A stretch of DNA of 61,205 nucleotides, filler included, from Chiloscyllium plagiosum (taxonomy: Eukaryota): the NCBI RefSeq assembly GCF_004010195.1. It is 4 parts of one record of this genome, joined end to end, with 100 filler letters (N's around TTAATTAATTAA, not from the genome) between each part and the next. Parts side by side here need not be neighbours in the genome. Positions count along the whole stretch, not along the records: positions 12,319 to 39,842 come from NC_057717.1; 3 more parts are not named here. One strand, written 5' to 3'. Below are positions 26,498 through 38,769 of this stretch, piece by piece. The position numbers and the translations under genes are program-made. The notes below the pieces were generated by a model. That model was not told where the DNA came from and made no database searches. It saw only the letters and a list, made by a program, of their open reading frames with translations. Every line of letters begins with the position of its first letter. The stretch's first letter is position 1.

Positions 26498-27241
26498 AAT
26501 TTCTAACAGAAATAACAGACAAACAGGGCACTTGCAGAGTTGAGGTTAGCAAAACGTAGTAAAGACAAAGCAATTGAACCTACTTTCAATGTATTGCCAG
26601 ATAATTGTCGCTTCTCAGGAGGTTTAATATTTAATAATGTACTATATTAGTGCCTCATATATAATCCATGTTTAAATTTTAAAAAAAAAGCTAGGTATTA
26701 CCACATCAACCAAATTCACTGCTCACTCCAGATATACCTTAGTCAACTATAACACCTTTTCCACATTTGAAGATCCTTTGGAATTGGGATATTTTGTTTG
26801 ATTGTGCAGAGTGATCAAATAAAAAAAAATATTTTAAATACTTTACATCAATGCTGCTGCCTTTGGCATGGTTAAACAACAATGCCACACAGTTAGTTCA
26901 ACACATACTTCTGTGCAAGAAAGAAGTTCAGTAGATTTGTGAAATCATAAATGTAAACAGTATAGACTGGGAGTGCTCAGCATGGCTGCAAGCAGATATT
27001 GAGATAAATATGAAATTATTTTGAAGTCATATTTGAAATCAATAAGCCAAGATCAGATGTCAAAGACTTTGGAAATAGAAATGTGTTCAGCTAGGGAGCA
27101 ATAGAGAAGATTGGGAGTAGCTGGATTACGAACAACATTGATTTCAACAACTACAGGATTAAACTTTCATTTCAGCCTCAAAGAGGTGATTTTACATAGA
27201 ACCTGGTGTGTAATTCTTGTGTGTTTTTTTTTTATTCACAG

Positions 27242-28131
27242 TTAATTTAGTGACGATTGTTATCCTGTCTCAGGGTTACTGCGGTCTCTCCAGATGTGTC
27301 ACTCGCTACCTGGTTGCCATGGCAGTGGCAGATCTACTCGTCATTATCCTTGACTTGATATTGAGGCACATTCCAATTGTTTATTATGAAGAGTTTCTTT
27401 TCATCATGTTATTCCGTATGTGTAATGTACACGCTGTTCTGCTATATACTGCCACAGATTGTTCTGTCTGGTTTACTGTGACATTCACATTTGATCGCTT
27501 TGTAGCCATTTCATGTCAGAAACTAAAATGCAAATATTGCACTGAGAAGACAGCAGCTGTAGTTCTTGGAACAGTGACTGTATTGAGCTGTATGAAGAAC
27601 ATTTTCTGGTATTTTATGATGACAGGTCGATATATGCTGATGAACTATCCCTGGTTTTGTGTTGTAACATGGGTTGTTAAGTATTCACTTGTATGGGCAA
27701 TAATTGAGTTCCTTCACAACCTTCTCACCCCAGCGATTGCATTTGTTCTGATTTTGCTGCTCAATATTTTCACAATTAGACATATTTTAGTTACTAGTAA
27801 AGCACGAGTGAGATTCCATGGACACAACATGAAGCAGAATCCTCGAGACACAGAGATGGAAAACAGAAGGAAATCAATAATTTTATTGTTTCTTATCTCT
27901 GGGAATTTCATTTTGCTATGGGCAGTACTAATGTTGTATTTGATATGGAAGCGAATGCACCTTTTGGGGTATAATGATGTACACCTACCTCAATTTGTAC
28001 AGGAATTGGGGTTCATGCTCCAGCTCCTGAGTTGCTGTACAAACACTTGCATATATGTTGTGACCCAGACTAAATTCAGACGGCAGTTCAGGAATATGGT
28101 AAGACATCCTTTTACTCTATGTTGTTCCTGA
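27242..28131 (+). CDS. GPR139-like class A GPCR, exon 2 (TM1-TM7 and helix 8)
   Basis: Acceptor TTTTTTATTCACAG| at 27241; phase-1 join gives GVP-V-NLVTIVILS; YLVAMAVADLL (TM2), TFDRFVAI (TM3), CCTNTCIY (TM7), KFR helix 8; uninterrupted; spliced CDS 1068 nt = 355 aa. Confidence 0.92.
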
Positions 28132-28209
28132 TTAAATGATGAAAAGGTCAAATGATCTCAAGCATCTAAAATACTTTTGCTTCATAGTATAATATATATA
28201 CGAAAGATC

Positions 28210-29045
28210 TCCCCATACCTAGTGGCAATTAGAGGAAGCGATATGAAAGCTGATCATGGAAAGATGTATAAACAATGTGGTATTGAGTGATTTTAATTGC
28301 CCCAATATACACTGGGACTTGCCTTGTGCCAGGCCTTTAGAGGGAGCAGAATTTGTCATGTGCATCCAGGAGGGATTATTGAAACAATGTGTAGGTCGTC
28401 CAACTAGGGAGGGGGCTGTGTTAAATTTTGTGTTTGGGAATGAGCCTGGCCAGGTGATGAAAGTTTCAATGGAGGAGAATTTTGGGAACTGTGACTATAC
28501 TTTCTTAAATTTCAAAATATTTATGCAAAAGGATAAAACTGCTATTTGGGTGGAAGTGCTTAATTCAGGGAAGACTAATTGCAATATTTAAGGAAGGAAC
28601 TGGAAAAAAATGGTTTGGTGGCAGCTATTTGTAGGAAACTCCATATCTGAATTGTGGGAGTCCTTTAAAAACTGGCCTGACCAGACTGCAGTACCAGCAT
28701 GCTCCTGTGAGAATGAAAGGTGTGGATGGCAAGATTTGTGAACCTTGGATGACAAGAGATTTTAGTTAAAATCAGAAATGAAACATATATAATATTCAGG
28801 AAACAAAAATCAAACAAGGCCCTTGAGAAATACAAAGGAAGCAAAAAACAATGAACTAGGATTGCTGGAACGGGTCATAGATTGTTAAGGATAATCCAAA
28901 GGCATCTTAAAAGTATATTAAGAGCAAGACCATAACTGGGAGAAAAAAAGGTAGGTTCCATCGTGACATTGTGGGGTGGGGGGGGGGAGGGGGCGGGGGG
29001 CATTTATATGTGGAACAGAGGAAGTGTGTGATGTCCTTAAAGGGT
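28210..29045 (+). mobile_element. CR1 ORF2 endonuclease/linker fragment
   Basis: ORF 28256-28591 SDFNCPNIHW...PTREGAVLNFVFGNEPGQV. Confidence 0.85.
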
Positions 29046-29119
29046 TCGTTCACCTGACAAAGGAGCGTCGCTCAGAATGCTTGTGATTTCAAATAAACCT
29101 TTCGGGCTATTGCATGGTG

Positions 29120-30890
29120 CATAGACAGTACAACACAGGAAGAGGCCCTTTGGCACATTATTTCGGTGCTGACCATGATGCTATTCGAAATGATTCCAAT
29201 CTACTGCACAGGGATCATATTGCTGTGTTCTCCACTGCTCTCTGTATAAAATAAAACTTCCTTGCTCATCACTTCTAAACACTTTTCATCCACTTCAAAC
29301 CTGTGCCATTTCCAAACTGCGAAAGAGACACAGACTATCCATTATATCAATGCCCCTCATAGTTTATATACTTCTATTATGACGCCCATCATCCTCTGAC
29401 GCTCCTGCGAAACAATCAAGGGGCCATGGAATCTCCATGGCAAGTAGGATTAAGGATAATCTAAAGGCATTTTAAGTGCATATGAGGAGCAGGAGGGTAA
29501 CTAGTTAAAAAGAAAACATTTTCCATCAGGACATAGGGGACATCTTTGTGTAGAAACGGAAGTGGGTGAAGTCTTAAATGAGTTCTTTCACCTGATGAAG
29601 AAAGCTTGTGATTTCAATAAACGTTGTACATTGACAGTATTTTCTTTGTCCCACCTGTCCTTATAGCTAATAGACTCCAATCCAGGCACCATCATGATAA
29701 ATTTCTTTTGCACGCTCCCCAAAGCCTTGACAGCTTTCCTCCAGAGTGGTGACCAAAACTGCACAGAATAGTTTAAAATATGGCCTTAATAAACTGTCAT
29801 ACAGCTGCAGTATGACTTCCAATCTTTATACTTAATGTCCCAATCTATGAATACTAGTATGCTTCTAATTCACCTTCTCCTATTGTTTTGCCACTTTCAG
29901 GGAGTTATGGACTTGAACCTCAAGATAACATTGTCTATCGTTGTTTCTAAACGACATGAAATTTACTACCTATCTTCCTTTTGCACTTGACTTCTCAAGA
30001 TGCAATAACTCACATACAGCCATAGAGTTGTACAGCATAGAAGCAGAACCTTCGTTCAAACTCGTCCGTTTGGCCCATACCTTTCTAAAATCTTTCCATT
30101 TGTATATCCATTCAAGTGCCTTTTAAATGTCATAATTATACCAACTTCCATACTTCCTCTGGCAGTTCATTCTATATACACACCATCCTCTGTGTGAAAA
30201 CGTTGCTACTCAAGTCCCTTTCGAAATTTTTCCCTCTCACTCGAAACTGATGCCATGTAGTTCTGGACTCCCTACCCCAGGAAAAAAAAACTTTGTCTAT
30301 TTATCATATCCATTGTCCTCGTGATTTTATAAACATCTATGAGGTCATCCCTCTGCCTTGGACTCTCCAGGGAAATTGCCCCAGCTTATTCAGCCTCTCC
30401 CTATAACTCAAATGCTCCAAATCTAGCAACATCCTTGTCAGTCTTTTCTGAACTCTTTCAAGTTGAATAGGGAGACGCGAATTGAATGCAGTATACCAGA
30501 AGTGTTTTAACCAACGTCCTGTACAGCGGCAACATGACGTCCCAACTTGCTACTCAATGCACTGACCAATAAATGTAAGCATACCAAACACCTTCTTCAC
30601 TACCCTGTCTACCTTCGAATCCATTTTCAAGGATTTATGTTTGGCAACACTTCCCAAGGTGGTACCATTAAGTGTCTAAGTTCTGCCCAGGTTTGCATTT
30701 ATAAAATGCAGCACCTCCCATTTAACTAAATTAAGCCCATCTGCCACTCCTTTACCCATCAACCATCTGGTCAAGCTCCAGCTCTACTTGGAGATAGCCT
30801 TCATCACTGCCCACTACAGCACCAACTTTGATGCCATCTTTAAAATTTCGGACTATGTTTGCATCCTATGTTTACATCAAATCATTTTTA
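29120..30890 (-). mobile_element. Cluster of nested old CR1 3' fragments (mostly minus strand)
   Basis: Several decayed CR1 3' tails (acagcatagaa...ggcccttt) and ORF2 C-terminal remnants. Confidence 0.65.
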
Positions 30891-31288
30891 TAAATCTACT
30901 TTAGATAGGATCGATATCGTTGGATATTTAGTTCTCAATCATCAACTCTGTTGTTGGCCTGAGCGTCCTAGGTAATATTGATGCAGACATAATGTCATCT
31001 GTGAGCGATCGCCAAAGGAATTACTACCACCACAATGACTTATTTCTGTACGCCCTGAAACTTAAGATACTAATACCATGAGATTGGCTGGTCTCACTTT
31101 ATTTAGGTTGAATGGGATTCATTCATTCTCCAGGAGGTTTTCAATATAAACATTGTTTTGACTTGTAGAAACTGATGTCAATCATAAGGCCTGATGTACA
31201 CAGTCTGTTTCCCCAATGGCCAATGTTCGGACATAAGGAGTGGATTTAGAGTATTTCCAAGACATTTCCTTGGCACAGAATGAAACTG

Positions 31289-31410
31289 GGAGAGAGTGAG
31301 GACTGCAGATGCTGGAGATCAGAGTCGAGAGTTTGGTGCTGGAAAAGCACACCAGGTAAGGCAGCATCCAAGGAGCAGGACAATCGGCATTTTGGGCATA
31401 AGTCCTTCAG
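31289..31410 (-). mobile_element. Family B short element, degenerate hammerhead end
   Basis: GGAGAGAGTGAGGACTGCAGATGCTGG... arm; CAGAATGAAAC repeated at 31276-31286 and 31408-31418. Confidence 0.8.
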
Positions 31411-31915
31411 AATGAAACAAAATAAAAATTTATATTGTTTCATTTTCCAGTTGTAGATAGACTTCTTGCAATCACTGTTTTCTGCCTGATTTCATATCAC
31501 CAAGCATGCGTCCCTTTTGAACAAACGCATGCTGGAATTAACATTCCATCGGAAGTGCAGCTCTGAAAGGTCAATGCAACTTCATTATTGTTAGCTGCTG
31601 AAAGATTGCCTGAGAACCCACTGGGAAAGAAAGGTTATAAATATCATTATATTGCCTCTCCGAGAACCAGATGCTGTTGCTAAATATGTTGGTCAGACAT
31701 CCAGTTAGATCTGTATCATCTGCCATTCACCAAATACCATGTGCGCCGGAAAAGTGCAAACTGAGGAATATTTGCAACATAGAAAAATAAATAAGGTTTA
31801 AGCCCTCTGAACCTGTTACACCATTCAATATGATTGTGCCTGATCATCCTACACTGTGCATTGTTCCAAATTTCACCACACTGTAAGTAATCTATCTAAT
31901 CTAATCTAATGTACC

Positions 31916-33165
31916 ATCATGAGGTTATCTGTGGCTTTGCGGTAGACTGGGAGGCTGACGTGCCTTGATGGAGATGCATCATGTCTATCTCATACGCTGC
32001 AGGCAAGGATGCCGTGAGGCATAGTACAGTAGCAAGACAGAGCAGCAATGGATGAATGGACACCACACAGCCATCTGCAGCAAGGAGTGCCCCTCCCAGT
32101 CGGGGAACACATCGGTAGTGCGGGATATTTGGCCTTGGATCTTCAGGTGACCATCCTGCAAGGCGGTCTTCGGGACAGGCAACAATGCAAAATGGCAAAG
32201 CAGAGGGTGATAGTGAAGTTCAATACCCATGGGAATGGCGTCAACCGGGATCTTGGCTTCATGTCACCCTACAGGTGATCCCAATGCACTACACACTCTC
32301 TCACACACACGCACACAAGTGCATTGCACACACGTGCATTGCACACACAAGCACATGCATACGTACACACACATACACGAACTCCTATAGACCCAAACAC
32401 TCTTGCAGAACCTCTATCATACAATCTGTCTCTCATACCCTCATGCATAGACACAGGTGATCCCAATGCACTACTCAGTCTCTCACACATACGTACACAA
32501 GTGCATTGCACACACTAGCACATGCATACACACACACACATACACGAACTCTTATAGACCCAAACACTCTTGCAAACCCTCTATCATACAATCTGTCTCT
32601 CATACCCTCATGCATAGACACCCTTCACACACTCCCTTCCACCCCCCCAACACATGCAAACACACACATATAAGTCTGTGGAGTGAATTTGTACATGCAG
32701 AATTACATTTTATTTTGGTCAAAACAGCATGACTCCAAGTAATATTCTGTAATTCTTTTTTAGAAATAGGATCAATATGAACATTGATGCACAGACAGAC
32801 AGACTTTAACCTTACACCTTCAGTGCATTATCTGAGCTGACATGGCATCTATTGTTAAAGTTCACTTGAGAATGTAACTTTAAAAATGTTCTAGGATTTG
32901 CATTTTAAAGAACTGAAACCAACATGACGATTGTAAAAAATGAGTGACTGACCACATAATCCAGATCTTTTTCAAAATATCGGTTGAGTTGCATCACATA
33001 GTAGACTTTTGCTATAAATTCTGTGCCTTATGATCTAATATTCCACATATGATGAAGGAACAGTGTTCTGAAAGCTACCAATTCCAAATAAACCTCTTGG
33101 ACCATAATCCAGTGTTGCACGATTTTTAATTTTGTACCACCCAGTCCAAAACTGGCACCTCAAAC
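31916..33165 (+). mobile_element. Penelope-like element: inverted RT fragment, GIY-YIG endonuclease remnant, CA-rich 3' region, pLTR with decayed hammerhead
   Basis: VYLIRCRQGC and LPVGEH...LQVTILQGGLRDRQQCKMAKQRVIVKFNTHGNGVNRDLGFMSPYR* (ends 32278) fit the PLE GIY-YIG domain; minus-strand VYRKATDNL within 31916-31979; TGATGAAGGAAC...GTTCTGAAAGCTA near 33050-33078. Confidence 0.85.
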
Positions 33166-33169
33166 AATA

Positions 33170-35100
33170 AATTTTTCCTCATCCCAGTTAGAAATGGCTT
33201 TCCCGTATCCAGAGAATGTGACTACTAGTTCTTGATTCCCCGATCATTGAGAACATAATTTCTACATTTATCTGTCTTGTCCTGTTAGAATAGTTTATGT
33301 TTCCAGGAGATGCCTCCTCATGGCATTCCTAAATAGTCATAACTGATCCAGTCTGTTTATAGATCATTCTTGACATCACGGGAATCAATCTAGTAAAACT
33401 TCATTGTGCATCAGAGCATCATTATTAGGTAAGCAGTACACAATATTCCAGCTATGATCTCATTACGTGATCTCATCCCTGCTTTCATACTCAACTCCCA
33501 TCATTATGAAGCGCCTTCTTCACCACCTGCTGCAGCTTACTTCGAGTGACTTGGGTACAAGGACACTCAGTTCTGTGGCACCACTTCATTTCTCAAACTA
33601 TTGCCATCCAGACAAACCTTCTTCCCATTTTTGCTTGCAAAATGGATAATCTCGCATTTAGCCATATTATAATTCATCTGCAACGGATCAGTTAGCTCAC
33701 TTACTTGGTTTGCAGTGAAGAGGGATATCAATAGCATGGATTCAATTCTTGCGCCGGCTGAGATTACCATAAGCACCCTCCTTCTCAACCTCTCCCCTTG
33801 CTTCGGATGAGGTGACTTTCATGTTAAAATACCATCGGTTGTTACCTTTCTCCAGTGACAAGGCAGCCGTCTGATTCAATTGGGCTATGGTGACTTCTTT
33901 CTTTACTTCATCTGTCATGCATTTTTCTTCTCACTGAACTTGTCTAATTCACGTGGACGCATGTCTTCATCTTCCTGAGAGTGCATTCTCCTACATAACT
34001 TTGTATTATCTGCAAACTTGTATCCATTTCACTCAGTTTCTCAAATAAACCATTGTTGTGTATTGTGCATAGCTGGTGTCTGAGCTCTGAATCTTTCTGT
34101 GTCCCAGTAATCACTATTGGCCGCTTGGAAAAAAAAATGCGTTATTGCTGCACTTTGTTTTCTGTCTGCCAACCAGTCCTTTACACTACTCCAATTCCAT
34201 GTGCTTTAATTTTATATGCTAATCTTTTATATTGGAATTTATCAAAAGACATCTGAAAATCCCAGAAAATTATATCCATGAGCTCACCCTTATCAACTCT
34301 ATTCGTTACATTCTAGGATAATATCCATAGATTTGTAAAGCATGATTTCAACGTATGCTGACTCTTTTCGATTCTGTCACTGTTTTGCACGTGCTCTGCT
34401 ATTAAATCTTTTATAATGTTTCCCGACATTGATGTCAGGCTAACTGGTCTATTCTCCAATATGTTCTACCTACCTCCTTTTCAAACAATGGATATACATA
34501 GAGACAATCCATAGGAACACTTTCTGAGTTAATACAGCAGTGACTGTAATGAGGTCAGCCAGGTGGAGTTCATAGAACATGAGTTCCCTTAGTCTGGTCC
34601 ACTCAAGGAACCTTCGCTGACAGATTAAAAAAAGGAATGACAAACTTGCTGAGTGGGACAGCTGACGCTAAGAGAGCTGGATCAGTGTCAAGGACTTCCC
34701 ACGGAAGTAAAAGGTGACTTGGTGATAGGATACCAGCCTCTGTGGAGTTTTCTCAAAAGCACTTTGAAACATAACCAACAATGCTTGATTGTGTCTAGTC
34801 CTATTTTCTTAAATTCTCTGGAATGTAAGTGATCTGCTCCTGGTGATTTGGTGGTCTTTAATCCTATCAATTTCCCTAACACCATTTCTCAACCAATAAT
34901 GATTTCCTTCAGTTCCTCCCTCTCACTTGACCCTGCATTCTCCACATTTTTCTAACTTATTTCTGTCCATCTTCGTGAAGACAGACAAATATGTATTTAT
35001 TTCGTTCAAATGCTCTTTGTTCCCTATTATAATTTACATTTTTCCCCCTGAATGCAATAGATCTGCATTTGTCTGAACTAATCTTTGGAGAACGCACTCA
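33170..35100 (-). mobile_element. Old CR1-type LINE remnant with inserted tRNA-like SINE (~33690-33900) and solo LTR
   Basis: ORFs 33567-33788 QMNYNMAKCEIIHF and 34688-34885 VLGKLIGLKTTKSPGAD are decayed ORF2 segments. Confidence 0.65.
34536..34755 (+). mobile_element. Decayed solo LTR of the Gypsy family seen at 44080-46537
   Basis: Shares cagtga.tg...gagttccct...ctggtcca.tca.gga...gctgacag and ggtgac.tggtga..ggata.cagcct.tgtggagtt with the split LTR; no clear TSD. Confidence 0.7.
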
Positions 35101-36235
35101 ATCAAAGTTACTTGCTAATGTCTCAAATTGTGGTGCCAATAACCTCCGGCTGAGATCTCACAATTTTCATTGTGAAAACGTTACAAAATGTCAAAACAAT
35201 TGATGTTAAATTGAAAATGAGAATATGTAGGTAGGACAAATACAGGAAGGGATGAAATGATTCAGAGCATTACAATTATTGTCGTGTTAAGTGGGAAGGG
35301 AAAAATGCAGGGCAATGTTCTAAGAATATAGAAATTTGATAAAGCAATAACAAAGCGTTCACAATCGAGCTGAGAAATAGTACGTAAATGGACGTAAGGA
35401 GTGGAATAAGATAGAGATAAAAGTAAAGATTTCAGGACGCAAGTATTAGTAAACATGATGATGGAGCAACAATGTTGTCAATATGATGGATAAATGAAGA
35501 AAAAGCAAGACTGAGAGCGATACTAAAAAATTAGTTTGCTAAAAATGAAGAAAAATCAATATCAGTATATTAAAAAAATCATATTTCCACAATTTCCCAG
35601 CATTGCATCTTGTTGGTAGCATGAAGTTTGGTAACTACAAATGTCAAATCTGCAAATTTAAACTGGAATGCCTCCTGTTCATTTTCTATTGGTAAAAAAT
35701 GTGAATGTGCATCGTCATATTTTAGGGAGCTAACATACCTTAATTTCAATCTGTTTAAATATACTGTTGCATGCATATCAGGATTTGTAACAGTGCACAA
35801 TGATTATTGGTGTAAGCAATAATCTAGAAATGTTTTTGTTTAGCCTTTAATGCACATAAATCAAAGGGTAAAATGAGAGAGAGTGTAATGCCGAAACAAT
35901 TAGACAAAACACAAAGAGTAAAATGAGAGAGCAGCAGAGAACCTTGCTCTCACTGCACACTGGATAATGTCGAGGTGACGTGATGTGCCATAGCCGTCAG
36001 AGTTTCAGAAAATTCGGGAAATAATCAGTTGGTCTGGAAATATTATGGATAAGGAAATCGAGTTAATGTATCGAATCTAAGTTCACTTTCCATAACAACT
36101 TGTGGAAGGAAGAAATGACATGAATTGTAAACCTTTTGAAATTTGGATGGTGAAATAATAAAACAGAAGGCCTGAGCTAGTTTAGTGATTGCAGTATGCT
36201 TATTCAAATTTCTCCACAGAGGCCGGTATCTTATC

Positions 36236-36381
36236 TCTGGATTAGTTGTGCTGGAAGGGCACAGCAAAAGCCCGAAACGTCGATTTCGCTGCTCCTTGGA
36301 TGCTGCCTGAACTACTGTGCTCTTCCAGCACCACTGATCCAGAATCTGGTTTCCAGCATCTGCAGTCATTTTTTTTACCTC
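36236..36381 (+). mobile_element. Family B-related short element with partial inverted arm, 14-bp TSD
   Basis: GCCGGTATCTTATC at 36222-36235 and 36382-36395; retains only the 3' half of the hammerhead (GCCCGAAACGTCGA). Confidence 0.8.
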
Positions 36382-36469
36382 GCCGGTATCTTATCACCAA
36401 GTCACATTTTATTTACATGTGCACAGTATTTGAAACAAGTGCAGCTTCCTCAGAGGTCCCTCTTAGTTT

Positions 36470-38124
36470 GAACAGAACCTTTGACACTTCTGTATAAATC
36501 TCTAAATGACATTGGGCGGACCTTGGAGAATCGTAGAACTGTTTCTTGATCAATACACAAAGTGGCCTTGGCTCCTTTGATAGTCCGCAGACCATCCTGA
36601 AAAAAAATAATACAGATATTTAATTAGGACTTCACTCAGTCAGCTATTCTTTAATTGAGAATCTTGAGTCTATCAAGGTGAATCTTTCTCAGCAATTTCA
36701 CCCCATCGCACTTGTGACTGAGTCTATTACTACGATCAGTAGTAACTCAACCAACTGCTTCTCATGCAAGACAAGAAGCCTTAATCTGTAAAGATTTCCC
36801 GATATAAGGTCTCAGTATTACCCACAACCTTACCCAAAACTAAGAGTTGGAGCCCAGAGCTAAGTTTGTTAAAGATTGGTTCTGCAAACACTGATGCAGC
36901 TATGTCAGTATCAACATGCCATTTCACCAATAAACCATACATTTACTTAAATTGATTCTGATTTACATGTTGGTAACCAAATTAACTGTTCTAAGCCAAA
37001 TGTATGTGGACGTTCCAGGGTATGCACTCTCCTGGATACCAGATCATGAGTTCTCATATTCAATTCAGGCCCACTGGGATTCTTTTGCTTTCTTGAGTCT
37101 GCGTGCTAGCCGCAACTACAATGCATTGCTGGCACGGATCATGACAAAAATGCCAACTGTTTGGCTGTGTCATGGCTTTGATTGGGGCTTTTGCTGTGGG
37201 CTGACCTAGCGTCCCTCTGTTCAGCACATGTCCTGAACTGTGCAATTGCCTTCACACAAGAGGGGTCCCTTGAGATCAGCCGGCCTGGAAAAGATCTCCA
37301 GTTGCATCGGCATACCTTATAAATCACATGCTCCAATGTTAAAGCCAGTACCTGCTTGAAGTCCAGTTGGACTTCAGTTAGTCGGCGCTTTCGCAAAGTT
37401 ACATAATTAATCCTGCATACCAAACAGTCTCTCTGTATCCATCCATCATTGTGGGTTAGCTCATAGCAGATGAACTGCAGTAGTTCAAGAAGGCCGCTCA
37501 TCACCACCTTCTCAATGGCACATGGGGATGGGCAATAAATGCTGGACAGCCAGCAACGCTGACATCCCATAAAAATGAATACGCAAAGGAAAATCCACTT
37601 AAGAGCTAAATCAAAGTTACATGCCTCTGCCAGTCATCTGCACTGCATCAAAAATCCTGACACGGATTCCATGTTTTTTGAACTGTTGAGTAAATTGAAT
37701 TGCATCTCTGAATTAGAGGAGACCTGTGGTTGTAATATTCCTAAACTGAATCTGACAGATTTTGAAAGGTTTCAGTATCTGGTGCCTCAGGAAACATCAA
37801 GCTCTTAATAACCAAAGAAAGCTGAAGGTCTTCAAGCTGTTAGAAAACTTGTTAAATTTCACCTACCCCAATGTCTGGAAAAAAAAGGACATACTGTTTC
37901 CCCACACTGGACCCAATCTTCATTGACAGGAATGAATGTGTCAAGCTTCCAAACTAACCGCATGATGCCAGAAATGCTTACCACAACTCAAAGATTACTT
38001 TTGCGTACGAATTACTTCAGGAGGGTGTTTCTTTTTTTTTTCATCATCACTGAAATAACTCCACATAGCCAATATCGCATCACACTTTATTTATAGATGT
38101 GAACCCTTTGAGGGTCATCTGTCT
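36470..38124 (-). mobile_element. Gypsy/Ty3 LTR retrotransposon remnant: 5' LTR end, gag, protease, start of pol
   Basis: LTR end TGTGGAGTTATTTCA (minus, ends 38051); gag-like RDCLVCRINYVTLRKRRLTEVQLDFKQVL in ORF 37139-37570; decayed protease VDTDIAASV near 36890-36920; TIKGAKATL near 36560-36590. Confidence 0.75.
37440..37582 (+). mobile_element. LINE (L2/CR1-group) 3' tail inserted in the Gypsy gag remnant
   Basis: ttcaagaagg...caccaccttctcaa...gggcaataaatgctgg...catcccat interrupts the gag-like frame; a decayed inverted copy lies near 14700-14760. Confidence 0.55.
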
Positions 38125-38127
38125 TTC

Positions 38128-38470
38128 AGGGTGGTTCAGGATGTAGCCCTGCTACATCATTGCGCTTGAAACCTGGGTTTGATTCCAACCTTGGGTGGGG
38201 CTGCCTGTGTGGAGATGGCACAATCTCCCCGTGTTGATGTGAGCTTCCACTGGTGTTCTTTTTTTCCCACAGTTCAAAGATGTGCAGGTTAAATGGGTTG
38301 GTCATGCTAAAGTACCATAATAACTAATGATCTGCAGATTAGGTGGATTAGGTATTGGAAATGCAGGGCTAAAGGGTATGGAGGTGGGTCTGGGTGGATA
38401 TTTCCCTTTAGGCGATTGGTGTGGATTCGATGGGCCGAATGACATACTTCCATGCGGTAGGGATTCTAGT
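38128..38470 (+). mobile_element. Degenerate V-SINE
   Basis: Decayed tRNA head plus ctgtgtggaga...cccacagttcaaagatgtgcaggtt. Confidence 0.7.
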
Positions 38471-38769
38471 AAAACCACTGGTCTTTGCATCGCATGATTG
38501 GATTTTACAGGACTGTAGAACTTAGTTGTTATCTGGTTTCAGTGGATTCTCTGAGCTCTGTGTATTGCTTGCTACTAATGTTGCTTGGCATGCAAGTGGT
38601 TCTGTTTGGTTGCATCATCAGGTTGTGACATAATTTGTTTGTATGTATGCTTGGTGCTGTTCCTGCCATGCTGTAATGTACTCGCCATTCGACCAATTTG
38701 TGTAACATTATCTGGTGTTTTAACATTCACATGCTGATTATCAAATCTCTCTTTACAAAATAAAAAAAA

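Noticed and set aside
28973..29000. G-run with G-quadruplex potential
   Set aside because: Homopolymer expansion inside a decayed CR1 (the duplicate near 29536 has only GGGGG); no evidence of function.
31872..31910. (TAATC)n microsatellite
   Set aside because: It is the isolated 3' tail of an HE1-type SINE or partner LINE (CACACTGTAAGTAATCT), not an independent feature.
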